Under the pieces are notes generated by a model. That model saw only the letters and a program-made list of their open reading frames with translations, was not told the origin of the DNA and did not search any database. A stretch of DNA of 64,000 nucleotides, from the NCBI GenBank assembly GCA_973851085.1, contig OZ316775.1:3844001-3908000 (forward strand), read 5' to 3'. The position numbers were made by a program, and so were the translations under genes. Of this stretch, positions 63,031 through 64,000 are shown piece after piece (position 1 is the first letter of the stretch; each line of letters starts with the position of its first letter). The DNA is from Ptychomitrium polyphyllum. Its lineage: Eukaryota.

Positions 63031-64000
63031 TAATATTGTTTTCATTAGCCATTTCAAAAGCTTTGTATTTATATTGAAGGTACCTTTGTTCCACCATAAT
63101 ATATAAGCTTCTATAATATGCGGATAAAAGGCCTAATATTTAATTACATGAAGATGTGCAACAAGGCAAATTATCACCATAAGCAAATAATGCTCATATA
63201 TTTCTTTTTGCTTTTGGTAGTTGAAAGCTTGCTTGCAAAGAAAATGTACTATAATATGTCCTTTATTTGGAGTATTTGTGCACTTTAGACTTTACTATAG
63301 CCACTATTAGCGTCAAAGTTTGAAAATAGCAAAACTCAAACAATTTCCAAAATCCACACAATTTTACTATTCATGTAATTCTTTAATGTAGCTTTCAACA
63401 CGTGCCCATTCCATAGGATTGTTTAATTCTTCCTTGAAGAATATTTACTAGCTTTAGATTAAATCACTTTGAATTTATGGAGTATGTTCATTTGTTCCTA
63501 AGTGTACATTTTATTCTTTGGTTTCTTCTATACACATTAAAAAGTATAATTAACATTGATTGTATTGGTTATAACTTATTAAACTATCCATGTACTAAAA
63601 TTTAAAATATGTAATTATGTCATTGAATTGTTTTGAAACCGTAATTTTTAATTAAACTCATATTAAGGTTGAGCACACAATGCTTAGGTTGCCATGATCA
63701 GAAAATGTATGCCTCAACATTTCCAATAATCAAATGCAGTAATAGTTTATGGCAATTGTTATAGTAAAAAAACTATACTACTTTGATAGATTTCTAAAAT
63801 CCTTCCTATGATTACTTATTTTCTTTGTAATTTTCTTGTAACTCAAACAAATTAAGGTTTTAAATAATTAAAAATAATGCTTAAGATTCTTAAACCATGC
63901 AAATATAATTTTTTGGCTAATTAGAGTACTTGTAGAAAGAGAATGCTGAATTTACATATCTACAATTATAAGTTTCATGAACTTTTATTTTTACATATTT

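Overview
Eukaryotic plant genomic DNA, most consistent with a moss (Physcomitrium/Funariaceae-like): GC-richer gene islands with GT-AG introns separated by very AT-rich decayed transposon DNA. Seven apparently intact genes: RPL41/eL41 (25 aa, 2 exons); a strongly divergent phosphoglycerate-kinase-family gene (4 exons, 478 aa); a multi-exon uncharacterised protein with xTFKPxIN repeats and an EF-hand; an At1g27990-like membrane protein; an Agenet/Tudor protein; a PERK receptor-like kinase; and a PUT/LAT polyamine transporter. There is also a DUF247 pseudogene and weaker gene relics. The last 15 kb is a three-layer nest of chromodomain-bearing Ty3/Gypsy (Tcn1-like) retroelements. Most notable observations: (1) the primer-binding sites of two different LTR families are complementary to the predicted first 11 nt of their own transcripts, with a compensatory base change between families, pointing to tRNA-independent Tf1-type self-priming; (2) an extra ORF between chromodomain and PPT appears in both families; (3) heat-shock-element-like GAAnnTTC arrays fill the LTR U3; (4) near-identical LTR cores flank a heavily decayed element; (5) the atypical PGK lacks the substrate-binding His-Arg motif. 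All calls were made by eye, with no database searches.
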